DNA from: Candidatus Stercoripulliclostridium merdipullorum
Lineage (GTDB): Bacteria > Bacillota > Clostridia > Christensenellales > DTU072
DNA: 64,000 bases
Reading direction: 5' to 3'
Assembly: GCA_018713745.1 (NCBI GenBank)
Contig: DVOH01000057.1
Location: 6,544 to 70,543 of the forward strand
Shown: one piece after another, positions 18,110 through 28,206 of the stretch
How positions within the stretch are numbered: position 1 is the first letter of the stretch
Layout: every line of letters begins with the position of its first letter
Translations under genes and position numbers: made by a program
Notes under the pieces: model-generated
What the model saw: only the letters and a program-made list of their open reading frames with translations
Told to the model about the DNA's origin: nothing
The model's database searches: none

Positions 18110-19465
18110 ATGTCTTGTCTTGGCGCGATACAATCGGTTCACTTCGTAGGGGCGGGCGGCGTCAGTATGTCTGCGCTTGCCAAATTGATGCTGATGTGGG
18201 GCAAACGGGTTTCGTGTTCCGATTTGTCCTACAACGACCGCATGGTCGAGCTGAACGAATGGGGGGCGAAAGTTTGGGTCGGGCATCAGCCCGCTTCGAT
18301 CGACGCCGAATTGATCGTCTATTCCCTTGCCGTGCCCCATGACGATCCCGAGCTGGAGTACGGCAGAAACAACGGGATCGCAACGGTGCCGCGTCAAGGA
18401 TTTTTGGCAGAACTCTGTCGGGAGTTCGACACCGTCGTGGCGGTTGCGGGTACGCACGGAAAAACGACGACGACGGCAATGATTGCCGCGGTGTTCCGTC
18501 AGGCGGATCTTGCGTTTTCGGCGCATATCGGCGGAGACGTGCCGGGCGTCGGCAACGCCGTATTCCGCGGCAGGCGGTATTTCGTCACCGAAGCCTGCGA
18601 GTACGGCAGAAGTTTTTTGGCGCTCCGTCCCGATTGCGCCGTAGTGACCAACCTCGAGTGGGATCATCCCGATACTTATCCCGACGCCGCCGACCTCGAA
18701 GCGGCATTCGGGCAGTTTGCCTCCAACGTCTGCAAGGGCGGCTTTGCCGTGGTCAACGGGGAGAGCTTTTCTCGTATGAAAATGTGCCGAAATGTCGATG
18801 TCACCACATTCGGCGACGAGCGTACGTTCGATTACGCATTTGGGCAGGTGAGAGGACTGCAAGACGGATGTTTCGGGTTTAAGATCTTCAAAAACGCCCG
18901 CCCCGCGGCGACGGTGGAGCTTTCGGTCCCGGGTTACCACAACGTGTTCAACGCGACGACGGCGTATGCCGTGTGCGACCGACTGGGGATTGCTTCCGAT
19001 CTCATCGTTGCGGCACTCGAAGGATTTTCGGGCGTCGGCAGACGCTTCGAGTACAAAGGCAGCGTAAAAGGTTGCCGCGTTTATGTCGACTATGCCCACC
19101 ACCCCACCGAAATCCGTATGGCGATCGAAACGGCAAAGCAGCTTGCCCGGCGCGAAGTCATCGTCGTATTTCAGCCGCATACATATTCGAGGACGGCAAG
19201 TCTTATGACGGAGTTTTGCGAAGAACTGTCCCGCGCCGACCGTCTGCTGATCGCAAAAGAATACGCCGCGCGCGAGACCCCCGACGCCGGAAAGTCGGCG
19301 GAGGATCTTTACCGCGCCTTGCGCGATACAATGGGCAACCGCGTACGCTATTGCGACGATACGCTGACGATTGCGCGCGAAGCGTTGCGGGCGGCAGGGG
19401 AGGGATGCGTTCTGCTGGTGCTCGGCGCAGGCGACGTCGATCTGGTCGCGTCGCTGCTGGTGTAA
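18110..19465 (+). CDS. murC: UDP-N-acetylmuramate--L-alanine ligase
   Basis: HFVGAGGVSMSALA N-terminus, GTHGKTTTT P-loop and the Mur ligase C-terminal pattern. No Shine-Dalgarno sequence upstream. Confidence 0.9.
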   Translation: MSCLGAIQSVHFVGAGGVSMSALAKLMLMWGKRVSCSDLSYNDRMVELNEWGAKVWVGHQPASIDAELIVYSLAVPHDDPELEYGRNNGIATVPRQGFLAELCREFDTVVAVAGTHGKTTTTAMIAAVFRQADLAFSAHIGGDVPGVGNAVFRGRRYFVTEACEYGRSFLALRPDCAVVTNLEWDHPDTYPDAADLEAAFGQFASNVCKGGFAVVNGESFSRMKMCRNVDVTTFGDERTFDYAFGQVRGLQDGCFGFKIFKNARPAATVELSVPGYHNVFNATTAYAVCDRLGIASDLIVAALEGFSGVGRRFEYKGSVKGCRVYVDYAHHPTEIRMAIETAKQLARREVIVVFQPHTYSRTASLMTEFCEELSRADRLLIAKEYAARETPDAGKSAEDLYRALRDTMGNRVRYCDDTLTIAREALRAAGEGCVLLVLGAGDVDLVASLLV

Positions 19466-19535
19466 CGGAAGAATCGATTCCGCTTGCATTTGCTTCGGAA
19501 TGCTGATATAATAATATCGGTATTTGCGAGGTGTT

Positions 19536-20522
19536 ATGAAATATTTTTCCACAAGCGGTGACCGAACGCTCGTTGCGGGCGAAGGCGTCCAGGACGAAAC
19601 CGATCTGGTCAGACTGAAGATTTCGATGGTTGTGCCTTGTGCCTCCGACCTTGCCCTTTACGAAGGGAAGGTTCCGTTGGCTAAGCCCCGGATTCCGGGG
19701 CATATGGCGACGGCGGTTGTCAGCGAGGACCGCGAAGAGTACGGTCTGAAGCTCGGCGCAAGAGTTATGATCAATCCTTATATTCTTTCGACCAAGGATG
19801 CCGAAGGCTACAGCAAAGTCGGCGTGTACGGACTGAATGCCGACGGATTTTTGCGCGATTTTATCGCGTTGCCCATCGACAATATCGTACCGTTTCCCGA
19901 GGACGTCAAGGAGCAGGAAGCGTTGTTTGCCGAAGCCGTTTCGGTTGCGCTTGCGGCGTTCAACTCCTTCCGCGTCGAAAAGGGCGAATATATCGCAGTC
20001 GTAGGGGGGTCGGTACTCGGGATTATCGCGGCGCAGCTTGCGCTTTATTATCAGGCGATTCCCATTTTGATCAGCAACGATCGCCGCTATCTCGAGATCG
20101 CTTCCAAATGCGGGGTTTATTATGTGATCGACGAGGCTGCCGAAAATACCGCCCGCCGCGTCATGGAGATTACGGGCGGCAGAATGGCAGACCATACCAT
20201 CGTACACGACAAAGCCGGCGTAACCCCCAACTTTTTGTTTACGCTTGCCGCGCACGGTTCGGATTGCGTCGTGATGAGCCTCAACGATACGATGCCGCGG
20301 CTCGAAGTCGATCTTTCGCTTGCCGTGCAAAAAAATCTGACCGTCAAAGGCGTTTCCTGCGGGTGTGACGAGTTCAACAGCGCCGTCAATCTGATTGCGC
20401 AGAAACAGTTGGATTTTTCGCACTTCATCGACAAAGTCGTGCCGTTTGCCGAAAGCGGGGATTTGTTCCGTTCGCTCAGCGACAACCCCGATCAGTACAT
20501 CGCCGCCGCGATTCGCATCTAA
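19536..20522 (+). CDS. Zinc-type medium-chain alcohol dehydrogenase-family protein
   Basis: Start at MKYFS (GAGGTG upstream). Has PCASD and PGHM zinc-ligand contexts and a VVGGSVLGI Rossmann motif. Confidence 0.7.
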   Translation: MKYFSTSGDRTLVAGEGVQDETDLVRLKISMVVPCASDLALYEGKVPLAKPRIPGHMATAVVSEDREEYGLKLGARVMINPYILSTKDAEGYSKVGVYGLNADGFLRDFIALPIDNIVPFPEDVKEQEALFAEAVSVALAAFNSFRVEKGEYIAVVGGSVLGIIAAQLALYYQAIPILISNDRRYLEIASKCGVYYVIDEAAENTARRVMEITGGRMADHTIVHDKAGVTPNFLFTLAAHGSDCVVMSLNDTMPRLEVDLSLAVQKNLTVKGVSCGCDEFNSAVNLIAQKQLDFSHFIDKVVPFAESGDLFRSLSDNPDQYIAAAIRI

Positions 20523-20549
20523 AAATCTCGCGCAATCTGCATAAAACAG

Positions 20550-20578
20550 TTGACAACCGCGGCGTATATAAATATAAT
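20550..20578 (+). promoter_or_regulatory. Sigma-A-like promoter of rpmE
   Basis: TTGACA (20550-20555), 17 nt, TATAAT (20573-20578). Confidence 0.6.
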
Positions 20579-20610
20579 AATTAAGCATCGATGAATCACG
20601 AGGTACGATT

Positions 20611-20817
20611 ATGAAAGAAACCGGACATCCCAATTACAAAATCGTGGACGTTGTCTGTGCTTGCGGCGCCAAATTCCGTGCCGGCACGACCAAAAAATGT
20701 GACGTCCTTAAAGTTGATATCTGCAAAGAGTGCCATCCTTTCTACACCGGCAAACAAAAAATCGTCGACACCGGCGGCCGCGTAGATAAGTTCCGCAAGC
20801 GCTACGGACTCAACTAG
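20611..20817 (+). CDS. rpmE: 50S ribosomal protein L31
   Basis: MKETGHPNY..., a C.C....CxxCHPFYTG zinc motif and [11 protein letters not shown]. Confidence 0.95.
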   Translation: MKETGHPNYKIVDVVCACGAKFRAGTTKKCDVLKVDICKECHPFYTGKQKIVDTGGRVDKFRKRYGLN

Positions 20818-20835
20818 TCCAGATTCGACAATACG

Positions 20836-20872
20836 GTGCAGAGTAGGAACTAACGTACTCTGCACTTTTTTT
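20836..20872 (+). terminator. Intrinsic terminator after rpmE
   Basis: 10-bp stem GTGCAGAGTA / TACTCTGCAC followed by TTTTTTT. Confidence 0.75.
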
Positions 20873-20886
20873 ATTACGGAGAACCT

Positions 20887-22689
20887 ATGTCCCGAAAAAA
20901 TTGCACCAACATCGGCGGACAGGCGGTACTCGAAGGCGTAATGATGCGCGGGACCGCTTCGATGGCGACCGCCGTACGCGACCCCGAGGGCAAAATTCAG
21001 ATCGAATCCAAACGCATTACTCCGACTGCCGCAAAACCTCTGATTTATCGCTTACCGATCGTCAGAGGCGTTGTTGCGTTGTTTTCGAGTTTTGTTACGG
21101 GTTCGCGCACGTTGATGCGTGCGGCGGAAGTTTACGGCGACGTCGATCAGACTCCCTCGCGCTTCGAAAACTGGCTGGCAAAAACCTTCAAAATCGACGT
21201 GATGAACGTCGTTACGGCGGTAGGGCTTGTGCTGGGCGTTGCGCTTGCATTGGTGATTTTCGTTCTGATCCCCAACCTTCTGACCGATTTGATTTACCGC
21301 TTTGCCGACCTTACGCGGTTTCAGCCCAAGGTGCAGGATATTTTCCGCAATCTGACTTCGGGTGCGATCCGCATTGCCATTTTTGTCGGTTATATCTGGT
21401 TGACGTCTTTGATCAAAGACATCAAGCGTCTTTATATGTATCACGGCGCCGAACATAAGGTCATCAGCTGTTTCGAGCACGGTTTGCCGCTGACGGTCGA
21501 GAACGCCCAAAAGATGAGTACCGTTCATGATCGGTGCGGGACGACGTTTCTGTTTTTGGTGATGATCGTCAGCATCGTGTTTTTCTCCTTTTTCGGTTGG
21601 TACGGACTATGGCTCCGGATGCTGATCCGCATCGCCTGTATTCCGATCGTTGCGGGGATCAGCTACGAGTGCCTCAAGTTGTTTGCCAAGTACGACAATA
21701 TCTTCACGCGGATCGTCAAAGCGCCGGGGCTGTTGTTGCAGAAGCTGACGACGCGGGAGCCCGAGGACGAAATGGTCGAAGTCGCAATCGCGGCGTTTGA
21801 AACGGTGCGGCAGATGGACGCCGATCCCGCAATTCCCGAGCAGTCCTTCGTCGTGACAAAAGCGGTGGCTTACGCACGGGAAAAACTGAAAGCGATCCTG
21901 CCCGACGCCCCCGACGAAGTCGAACTGCTTCTGATGGAATATACCGACGCCGATACCCGCAGTGCCTTAAACGACGGCAGACGGATTGATTCGAACCGAT
22001 TGGACGAAGCCGTAAGCGCCGCCGAAAAACGCAAAAAGGGAATGCCCTTGCAATATGCAACGGGCAATGCCGATTTCTACGGCAGAAAGTGGGAGGTTAC
22101 CCCGGACGTCCTGATCCCTCGTTTCGATACCGAGCGACTGACCGAAGAGGCGATCAAAACGATCAAAAAGTATCCCGATTGCAGTGTTTTGGAACTCTGT
22201 ACCGGGTCGGGCGCCGTTGCCGTCACGATCGCCAAAGAAAGCGGGGTGCCGGTGGTTGCGACCGATTTGTCGGAAGGCGCGCTTGCCGTCGCCGCGCGCA
22301 ACGCCGCGCGCTACGCCGCCGACGTATCGTTTTGCAAAGGCGATCTGTTTGAAGCGGTGGGCGACAAGAGATTTGACGTAATCGTTGCCAATCCGCCGTA
22401 TATCCCGAGCGGCGAAATTGCTTCGCTCGACGCCGAGGTCAAAGATTACGAACCCCGCGGCGCATTGGACGGCGGCGCGGACGGATTGGATTTTTACCGC
22501 AGAATCGCGGCGGAATACAACGCGCATCTCAACGCGGGCGGAACGCTGCTGCTGGAAGTCGGAATCGGGCAGGCGGACGCCGTTGCCGATCTTTTCGGCG
22601 GCTGCAGAGTCGAGCGGGTGTCGGACTACAATCAGCCCCCCGTCGAGCGCGTATTGATTGTCACGGAAAAAGAGGAAAGCGATGTTTGA
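20887..22689 (+). CDS. prmC: Fusion protein: DUF1385 membrane domain + release-factor glutamine N5-methyltransferase PrmC
   Basis: The N-terminal ~310 aa carries [14 protein letters not shown] plus TMs (DUF1385/YqhQ-like). The C-terminal ~270 aa carries [10 protein letters not shown] and VANPPYIP (NPPY) of PrmC/HemK. It is one uninterrupted 600-aa frame. Confidence 0.8.
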   Translation: MSRKNCTNIGGQAVLEGVMMRGTASMATAVRDPEGKIQIESKRITPTAAKPLIYRLPIVRGVVALFSSFVTGSRTLMRAAEVYGDVDQTPSRFENWLAKTFKIDVMNVVTAVGLVLGVALALVIFVLIPNLLTDLIYRFADLTRFQPKVQDIFRNLTSGAIRIAIFVGYIWLTSLIKDIKRLYMYHGAEHKVISCFEHGLPLTVENAQKMSTVHDRCGTTFLFLVMIVSIVFFSFFGWYGLWLRMLIRIACIPIVAGISYECLKLFAKYDNIFTRIVKAPGLLLQKLTTREPEDEMVEVAIAAFETVRQMDADPAIPEQSFVVTKAVAYAREKLKAILPDAPDEVELLLMEYTDADTRSALNDGRRIDSNRLDEAVSAAEKRKKGMPLQYATGNADFYGRKWEVTPDVLIPRFDTERLTEEAIKTIKKYPDCSVLELCTGSGAVAVTIAKESGVPVVATDLSEGALAVAARNAARYAADVSFCKGDLFEAVGDKRFDVIVANPPYIPSGEIASLDAEVKDYEPRGALDGGADGLDFYRRIAAEYNAHLNAGGTLLLEVGIGQADAVADLFGGCRVERVSDYNQPPVERVLIVTEKEESDV

Positions 22690-23749
22690 ACGGTTGGAAG
22701 AATTAAAAAAGCGGTTTGCCGCCCTTAATGAAATGATTGCCGATCCCGAAGTGGTGGCGCGGCAGGAAGAGTGGCAGAAGCTGGTCAAAGAGCACGCCCA
22801 GCTTGCTCCGATTGTCGAGGCGTACGACGCTTATTGCGAAATGGGCGCGGAGATGGAAGCCTGTCAATCGATGATGAAAGAAGGCGACAAGGAGATGGCG
22901 GATCTTGCCGAAGCCGAGTATTACGACGTCAAAGAACGCCGGGAGAAAAAAGAGCAGGATCTTAAGATCATGTTGCTGCCCAAAGATCCGATGGACGACA
23001 AAAACGTAATCATCGAAATCCGCGGGGGCGCGGGCGGCGAAGAAGCCAGTCTGTTCGGGACCGATCTGATGCGGATGTATCATCGGTTTGCCGAGCGGTT
23101 GCGTTGGAAAGTCGAGGATATCGACGTCAATCTGACCGAGCTGGGCGGCGTGAAGGAAGCGACGTTTATGATCAAAGGACAGGGCGCGTATTCCAAAATG
23201 AAATACGAAAGCGGCGTTCATCGTGTTCAGCGTGTGCCGGAGACCGAGTCGCAAGGGCGGGTTCATACCTCCACGGTAACGGTAGCCGTTCTGCCCGAGG
23301 CAGAGGACGTCGACATCGAAATCAACGAAAAAGACATCAAAATCGACACCTACCGCAGCGGCGGCGCGGGCGGACAACACGTCAACAAGACCGACAGCGC
23401 GGTGCGGATCACGCACCTGCCGACGGGGATTGTCGTGGCGTGCCAGGACGAGCGCAGTCAGATCAAAAACAGAGAAAAAGCGTGGCGCGTTCTGAAGTCG
23501 CGGTTATACGATTTTTATCAGACCCAGAAGGACAAGGAGTACGCCGAAAACCGTCGTACACAGGTCGGGACGGGCGATCGGTCGGAGCGGATCCGCACCT
23601 ACAATTTTCCGCAGGGGCGGGTCAGCGACCACAGAATCGGACTGACGATTTATGCGCTGGAGGACTTTTTGGACGGAAATATGTTCGAGATGGTAGAAGC
23701 CCTCGCGCTTGCCGATCAAAACGCAAAACTCAGCAAGATAGAGGATTAA
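22682..23749 (+). CDS. prfA: Peptide chain release factor 1
   Basis: Start at MFERLEEL overlapping the prmC stop. Has the PET/PxT-region [13 protein letters not shown] and GGQ in [10 protein letters not shown]. Confidence 0.95.
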   Translation: MFERLEELKKRFAALNEMIADPEVVARQEEWQKLVKEHAQLAPIVEAYDAYCEMGAEMEACQSMMKEGDKEMADLAEAEYYDVKERREKKEQDLKIMLLPKDPMDDKNVIIEIRGGAGGEEASLFGTDLMRMYHRFAERLRWKVEDIDVNLTELGGVKEATFMIKGQGAYSKMKYESGVHRVQRVPETESQGRVHTSTVTVAVLPEAEDVDIEINEKDIKIDTYRSGGAGGQHVNKTDSAVRITHLPTGIVVACQDERSQIKNREKAWRVLKSRLYDFYQTQKDKEYAENRRTQVGTGDRSERIRTYNFPQGRVSDHRIGLTIYALEDFLDGNMFEMVEALALADQNAKLSKIED

Positions 23750-23792
23750 AAACCACAAAACGGGTACCCGAAGTTACCGAAAGGAAGACATC

Positions 23793-25196
23793 ATGAGAGA
23801 CCGTATTTTTTACAACGAAAACATCAACCTGCTGGAAACTCACAACTACAACTACACCCTGCAGGACGTCGAAGAACCGCAGCTATACCGCGATATGTTC
23901 GACTACGAGAGCGTGCCGAAGATTCTGTTCAATTTCCGCAACGTTCCGATGCATTGCCCGAAGGATATCTGGATCACCGACACGACCTTCCGGGACGGGC
24001 AACAATCGCAGTCGCCGTTCACCGTTCAACAGATCGTCGATCTGTACAAGCTGATGAGCAAGCTGGGCGGACCCAAAGGAATTATCCGCCAGTCGGAATT
24101 TTTTATCTATTCCGAAAAAGACAAGGAGGCGGTGCGTCGCTGTCTCGAGCTGGGTCTGGAGTTTCCCGAAGTGACCAGCTGGATCCGTGCCAACAAACAG
24201 GATTTTGCATTGGTCAAAGAGATGGGGCTTAAAGAAACGGGCATACTGGTAAGCTGTTCCGATTATCATATTTTTAAGAAGATGAATATGACCCGCCGTC
24301 AGGCGATGGACAAATACCTCGGCATCGTCAAAGACGCCTTGTCGGTCGGGGTGCGCCCGCGTTGCCATTTCGAAGATATTACGCGCGCGGACTACTACGG
24401 ATTTGTCGTGCCGTTTGCCGCGGCACTCAAGGAGCTGATGGACGAGAGCGGCATTCCCATCAAAATCCGTTGCTGCGATACGTTGGGCTACGGCGTATCC
24501 TTCCCCGGAACCGCGCCGCCGCGGAGCGTGCAGGGGATCATCTACGGGTTGTATCATTATGCCGAAATCCCGTCCTCCCTTCTGGAATGGCACGGACACA
24601 ACGATTTTTATAAAGTCGTCACCAACGCGACGACGGCGTGGCTTTACGGCGCGTCCGCGGTCAACTGTTCGTTGCTCGGCATCGGCGAACGTACCGGCAA
24701 CTGCCCGCTGGAAGCCATGGCGATCGAATATGCGTCCTTGCGCGGTACGACCGACGGGATGGATCTCTCGGTCATTACCGAAATCGCGGAGTACTTCGAA
24801 AAAGAAATCGACTACGTCATTCCGCCGCGTACGCCCTTTGTCGGAAGAAGTTTCAATCTGACGCGCGCGGGCATCCATGCGGACGGAATGCTGAAAGACC
24901 AGGAGATTTACAACATCTTCGATACCGCCAAAATCCTCAATCGTCCGCCCTTGGTTGCGGTGGACAGCCACAGCGGGGCGGCGGGGATTGCCTACTGGAT
25001 CAATTCGTACTTCAAGCTGAGCGACGATCAGAAAATCGACAAGCGTGATCCGCTGATCGCTTCCGTCAAGGAAATCGTCGACAAAGAGTATCTCGACGGG
25101 CGCACGACGGCAATCGGCGACGACGAACTGGTCGATATGATTCACCGCGTCGACAGCAAGCGACTTCGGAAAATGATGGTAGGGCTTTCAAAATAA
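23793..25196 (+). CDS. HMGL-like aldolase-type synthase (isopropylmalate/homocitrate synthase family; Re-citrate-synthase-like)
   Basis: Has the ITDTTFRDGQQS catalytic motif and the long N-terminal extension and length seen in clostridial Re-face citrate synthase-type proteins. It lacks the LeuA regulatory domain. Confidence 0.65.
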   Translation: MRDRIFYNENINLLETHNYNYTLQDVEEPQLYRDMFDYESVPKILFNFRNVPMHCPKDIWITDTTFRDGQQSQSPFTVQQIVDLYKLMSKLGGPKGIIRQSEFFIYSEKDKEAVRRCLELGLEFPEVTSWIRANKQDFALVKEMGLKETGILVSCSDYHIFKKMNMTRRQAMDKYLGIVKDALSVGVRPRCHFEDITRADYYGFVVPFAAALKELMDESGIPIKIRCCDTLGYGVSFPGTAPPRSVQGIIYGLYHYAEIPSSLLEWHGHNDFYKVVTNATTAWLYGASAVNCSLLGIGERTGNCPLEAMAIEYASLRGTTDGMDLSVITEIAEYFEKEIDYVIPPRTPFVGRSFNLTRAGIHADGMLKDQEIYNIFDTAKILNRPPLVAVDSHSGAAGIAYWINSYFKLSDDQKIDKRDPLIASVKEIVDKEYLDGRTTAIGDDELVDMIHRVDSKRLRKMMVGLSK

Positions 25197-25288
25197 CCGA
25201 AATACCCCCTTGTAATTTTCGGAAAAGATGGTACAATATAAATAACCGTTTGAAGCAAACGGCTGAATCTTAACAGCGAGGAATTGCA

Positions 25289-25708
25289 ATGATCAAAATC
25301 GTTTACGGCTCCAAAGGCTCGGGTAAAACAAAACTGATTATCGAGAGCGCGAACGCGTGTATTGCAAAAGAACAGGGCGATATCGTATTCATCGCCGACA
25401 CGTCAAGGTACATTCACAGCATCAAATACCAGATCCGCTTCACCAACTCCAAAGAGAGTCAGATTTCGGGCGAAGACGGACTGATCGGGTTTATCCAGGG
25501 AATGCTCGAAGCCAATTATGACATCCGCTTTATGTTTATCGACGGGGCGGCGCGCATGATCGGCAAAGAAATCGGCGAGATGGAATCGTTTTTCAACCGT
25601 CTCGAAAAAATCGCCGCCAAAACCGAAGTTACGTTTACGCTGACGGTTTCGGCAGACTACGACGAGCTCCCTCCGTTTATCAAAAAATTCGTAGACCGCG
25701 AGGAGTAA
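25289..25708 (+). CDS. Minimal 139-aa P-loop NTPase of unknown function
   Basis: Walker A GSKGSGKT at residues 7-14 and a Walker-B-like FMFIDGA. No other domain. GAGGA lies upstream. Confidence 0.6.
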   Translation: MIKIVYGSKGSGKTKLIIESANACIAKEQGDIVFIADTSRYIHSIKYQIRFTNSKESQISGEDGLIGFIQGMLEANYDIRFMFIDGAARMIGKEIGEMESFFNRLEKIAAKTEVTFTLTVSADYDELPPFIKKFVDREE

Positions 25709-25715
25709 CATCGCA

Positions 25716-27203
25716 ATGGAATTTATCAGCACGCGCGGAGGTGCGGCGGCAAGCGCCGGCTCCGCAATTCTGCAAGGAATGGCAAAAGACGGCGGACTGT
25801 TTGTTCCGTCGTCCTTTCCTATAATCACCAAAGAACAAATGGACGAAATGCTGGACTGGGACTATCCTCGGAGAGCGGCATTTATCCTGAAACGGTTTCT
25901 CAGCGACTATACCGAGGAAGAACTCAGCGAATATTGTGCCGCGGCATACTCAAAGTTTGACGGCGATCCCGCTCCGGTACTCAAGATGGACGAAGCGACT
26001 TTTTTGATGGAACTGTTCCACGGTCCGACGCTTGCGTTCAAGGATATCGCATTGACGCTTCTGCCGTATCTGATCCGCGGCGCCCGCAAAAAGGCGGGAT
26101 CCGACCACAAGACTTTGATTCTTGTCGCGACCAGCGGCGATACGGGCAAGGCGGCGCTCGAAGGGTTCAAGGATGTCGAAGGGACGGAAATTATCGTATT
26201 CTATCCCTCCGAAGGCGTCAGCGATATGCAAAAATTACAGATGCAGACCTCGGAAGGCTCCAACGTACACGTCGTCGGCATCGAAGGCAATTTCGACGAC
26301 GCGCAGACCGCCGTCAAAAGCATCTTCAAGGATCCCGAGGCGATCCGCCGTTTGGATAAGATGGGCTATGCCTTCAGTTCTGCCAACAGCATCAACTGGG
26401 GCAGACTTTGTCCGCAGATCGTCTATTATTTTTCGGCATACCTCGATCTTGTCGCCGCGGGCGAAACGCTGCTCGGCGAACCCGTCAATTTTGTCGTTCC
26501 GACGGGCAACTTCGGCAATATTCTTGCAGGCTATTACGCAAGACGCATGGGACTTCCCATCGCCAAGCTGATCGTTGCCAGCAACCGCAACAACGTGCTG
26601 ACCGATTTCTTTACGACGGGCAACTACGATGTCAACCGCGCCTTCCATAAGACGATGTCCCCTTCGATGGATATTCTCATCAGCTCCAATCTCGAGCGGC
26701 TGTTGTTTGAAATCGGCGGGCGCGATCCCGAATATGTCAAAAGCGCGATGCGCGACCTCGAGGTATACGGATCGTATACCCTCGATTTCGATCGGATGCA
26801 GGCCGAAATCCCCGAGTTTGTCGCTTATTGCAGCTCGGAGGAGGAAACCGCGGACGCCATCGACAACTTTTTCGATATGTTCGACTATACCCTCGATCCC
26901 CATACCGCCGTTGCGGTTTCGGCGTATTACAATTATCTGACCGACACCGAGGACGAGACCGAAACGGTCATTCTCGCAACGGCAAGTCCCTTCAAATTTT
27001 CTTCCGACGTCTTGCGTTCGCTGACCCGGAAGGAAGAAAAAGATCCCTTCCGTGCCGCCAAAAAACTGGCGTCTTATACGATGGAGGAGATTCCCGAGCA
27101 AATTGCCGCCCTCGAATCTCTGCCCGTTCGCCATAAACTCGTCATTCCGAAGGGCGTTATTAAGGAGACGGTGTTCGACCTTCTCTCTTCAGACAAAGGA
27201 TAA
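25716..27203 (+). CDS. thrC: Threonine synthase
   Basis: FHGPTLAFKD PLP-lysine motif and TSGDTG. Confidence 0.9.
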   Translation: MEFISTRGGAAASAGSAILQGMAKDGGLFVPSSFPIITKEQMDEMLDWDYPRRAAFILKRFLSDYTEEELSEYCAAAYSKFDGDPAPVLKMDEATFLMELFHGPTLAFKDIALTLLPYLIRGARKKAGSDHKTLILVATSGDTGKAALEGFKDVEGTEIIVFYPSEGVSDMQKLQMQTSEGSNVHVVGIEGNFDDAQTAVKSIFKDPEAIRRLDKMGYAFSSANSINWGRLCPQIVYYFSAYLDLVAAGETLLGEPVNFVVPTGNFGNILAGYYARRMGLPIAKLIVASNRNNVLTDFFTTGNYDVNRAFHKTMSPSMDILISSNLERLLFEIGGRDPEYVKSAMRDLEVYGSYTLDFDRMQAEIPEFVAYCSSEEETADAIDNFFDMFDYTLDPHTAVAVSAYYNYLTDTEDETETVILATASPFKFSSDVLRSLTRKEEKDPFRAAKKLASYTMEEIPEQIAALESLPVRHKLVIPKGVIKETVFDLLSSDKG

Positions 27204-27208
27204 CCGAT

Positions 27209-28204
27209 ATGGAGCCGAAAAAAGTTTTATACAGTGCCATTCAGCCCACCGGTATCATTACCATCGGCAATTATGCCGGTGCGATTGCCAACTGGCTGAA
27301 AGTCCAGGACGATTATACAAGCATTTATGCCATCGCCGATCTGCATGCCCTGACCGTTCGTCAGGTTCCGCAGGAATTCCGGCAAAGAGCGCTTTCCTTT
27401 TTTGCCCAGTATCTTGCCGTCGGACTCGACCCCGAAAAATCGGTCATTTATTTCCAGTCCCACGTTCCGTTTCATACCGAACTGCAATGGCTGCTCAACT
27501 GCTATACCTACGTCGGCGAAATGACGCGGATGACGCAATTCAAGGATAAATCCCAAAAGAATGCCGACAATATCAACATGGGGTTGTTGGATTATCCCGT
27601 ATTGATGGCGGCGGATATTTTGCTGTATCAATCGGCTTTTGTCCCGGTCGGCGCCGATCAGAAGCAACACCTCGAGATTACGCGCGATATTGCCATCCGA
27701 TTCAACAATCTGTACGGCGAGACCTTTGTCGTCCCCGAACCTTATATCGCCAAGCAAGGGGCGCGGATTTTCTCCTTGCAGGATCCGACGGCAAAAATGA
27801 GCAAGTCCGATCCCGATCCCAATGCCGCCGTATCGATCATCGAGGACGCCGACAGCATTATGCGCAAATTCAAGCGTGCCGTGACCGACTGCGATTCCGT
27901 CGTCGAGTTCCGCGAGGATAAGCCGGCGATCTCCAATCTTTTGACGATCTTTTCTGCGATGACCGATCGTTCGGTCGAAAGTCTGGTCAACGAGTATCAC
28001 GATCTCGGATACCGGCGCTTCAAACACGATCTCGGCGAAGCCGTCGTCGAGCGGTTTGCGCCCGTACGCGAGCGTTATCTCAAGCTGATGAACGACAAGG
28101 GCTATCTGAGCGAAGTGGCGCGGCAGGGTGCCGAACGCGCGGGACGGATGGCTTACAAAACCGTCGCCAAGGTCAAACGGAAAATCGGGTTGGTGCAACC
28201 GTAA
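27209..28204 (+). CDS. trpS: Tryptophan--tRNA ligase
   Basis: QPTG..T.GNY (HIGH-type region), GADQ.QH and KMSKS. Confidence 0.95.
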   Translation: MEPKKVLYSAIQPTGIITIGNYAGAIANWLKVQDDYTSIYAIADLHALTVRQVPQEFRQRALSFFAQYLAVGLDPEKSVIYFQSHVPFHTELQWLLNCYTYVGEMTRMTQFKDKSQKNADNINMGLLDYPVLMAADILLYQSAFVPVGADQKQHLEITRDIAIRFNNLYGETFVVPEPYIAKQGARIFSLQDPTAKMSKSDPDPNAAVSIIEDADSIMRKFKRAVTDCDSVVEFREDKPAISNLLTIFSAMTDRSVESLVNEYHDLGYRRFKHDLGEAVVERFAPVRERYLKLMNDKGYLSEVARQGAERAGRMAYKTVAKVKRKIGLVQP

Positions 28205-28206
28205 CG

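Noticed and set aside
27204-27208. Expected T-box leader upstream of trpS
   Set aside because: trpS starts 5 nt after thrC, so there is no room for a T-box or attenuator. Any such control would have to lie upstream of 25289.
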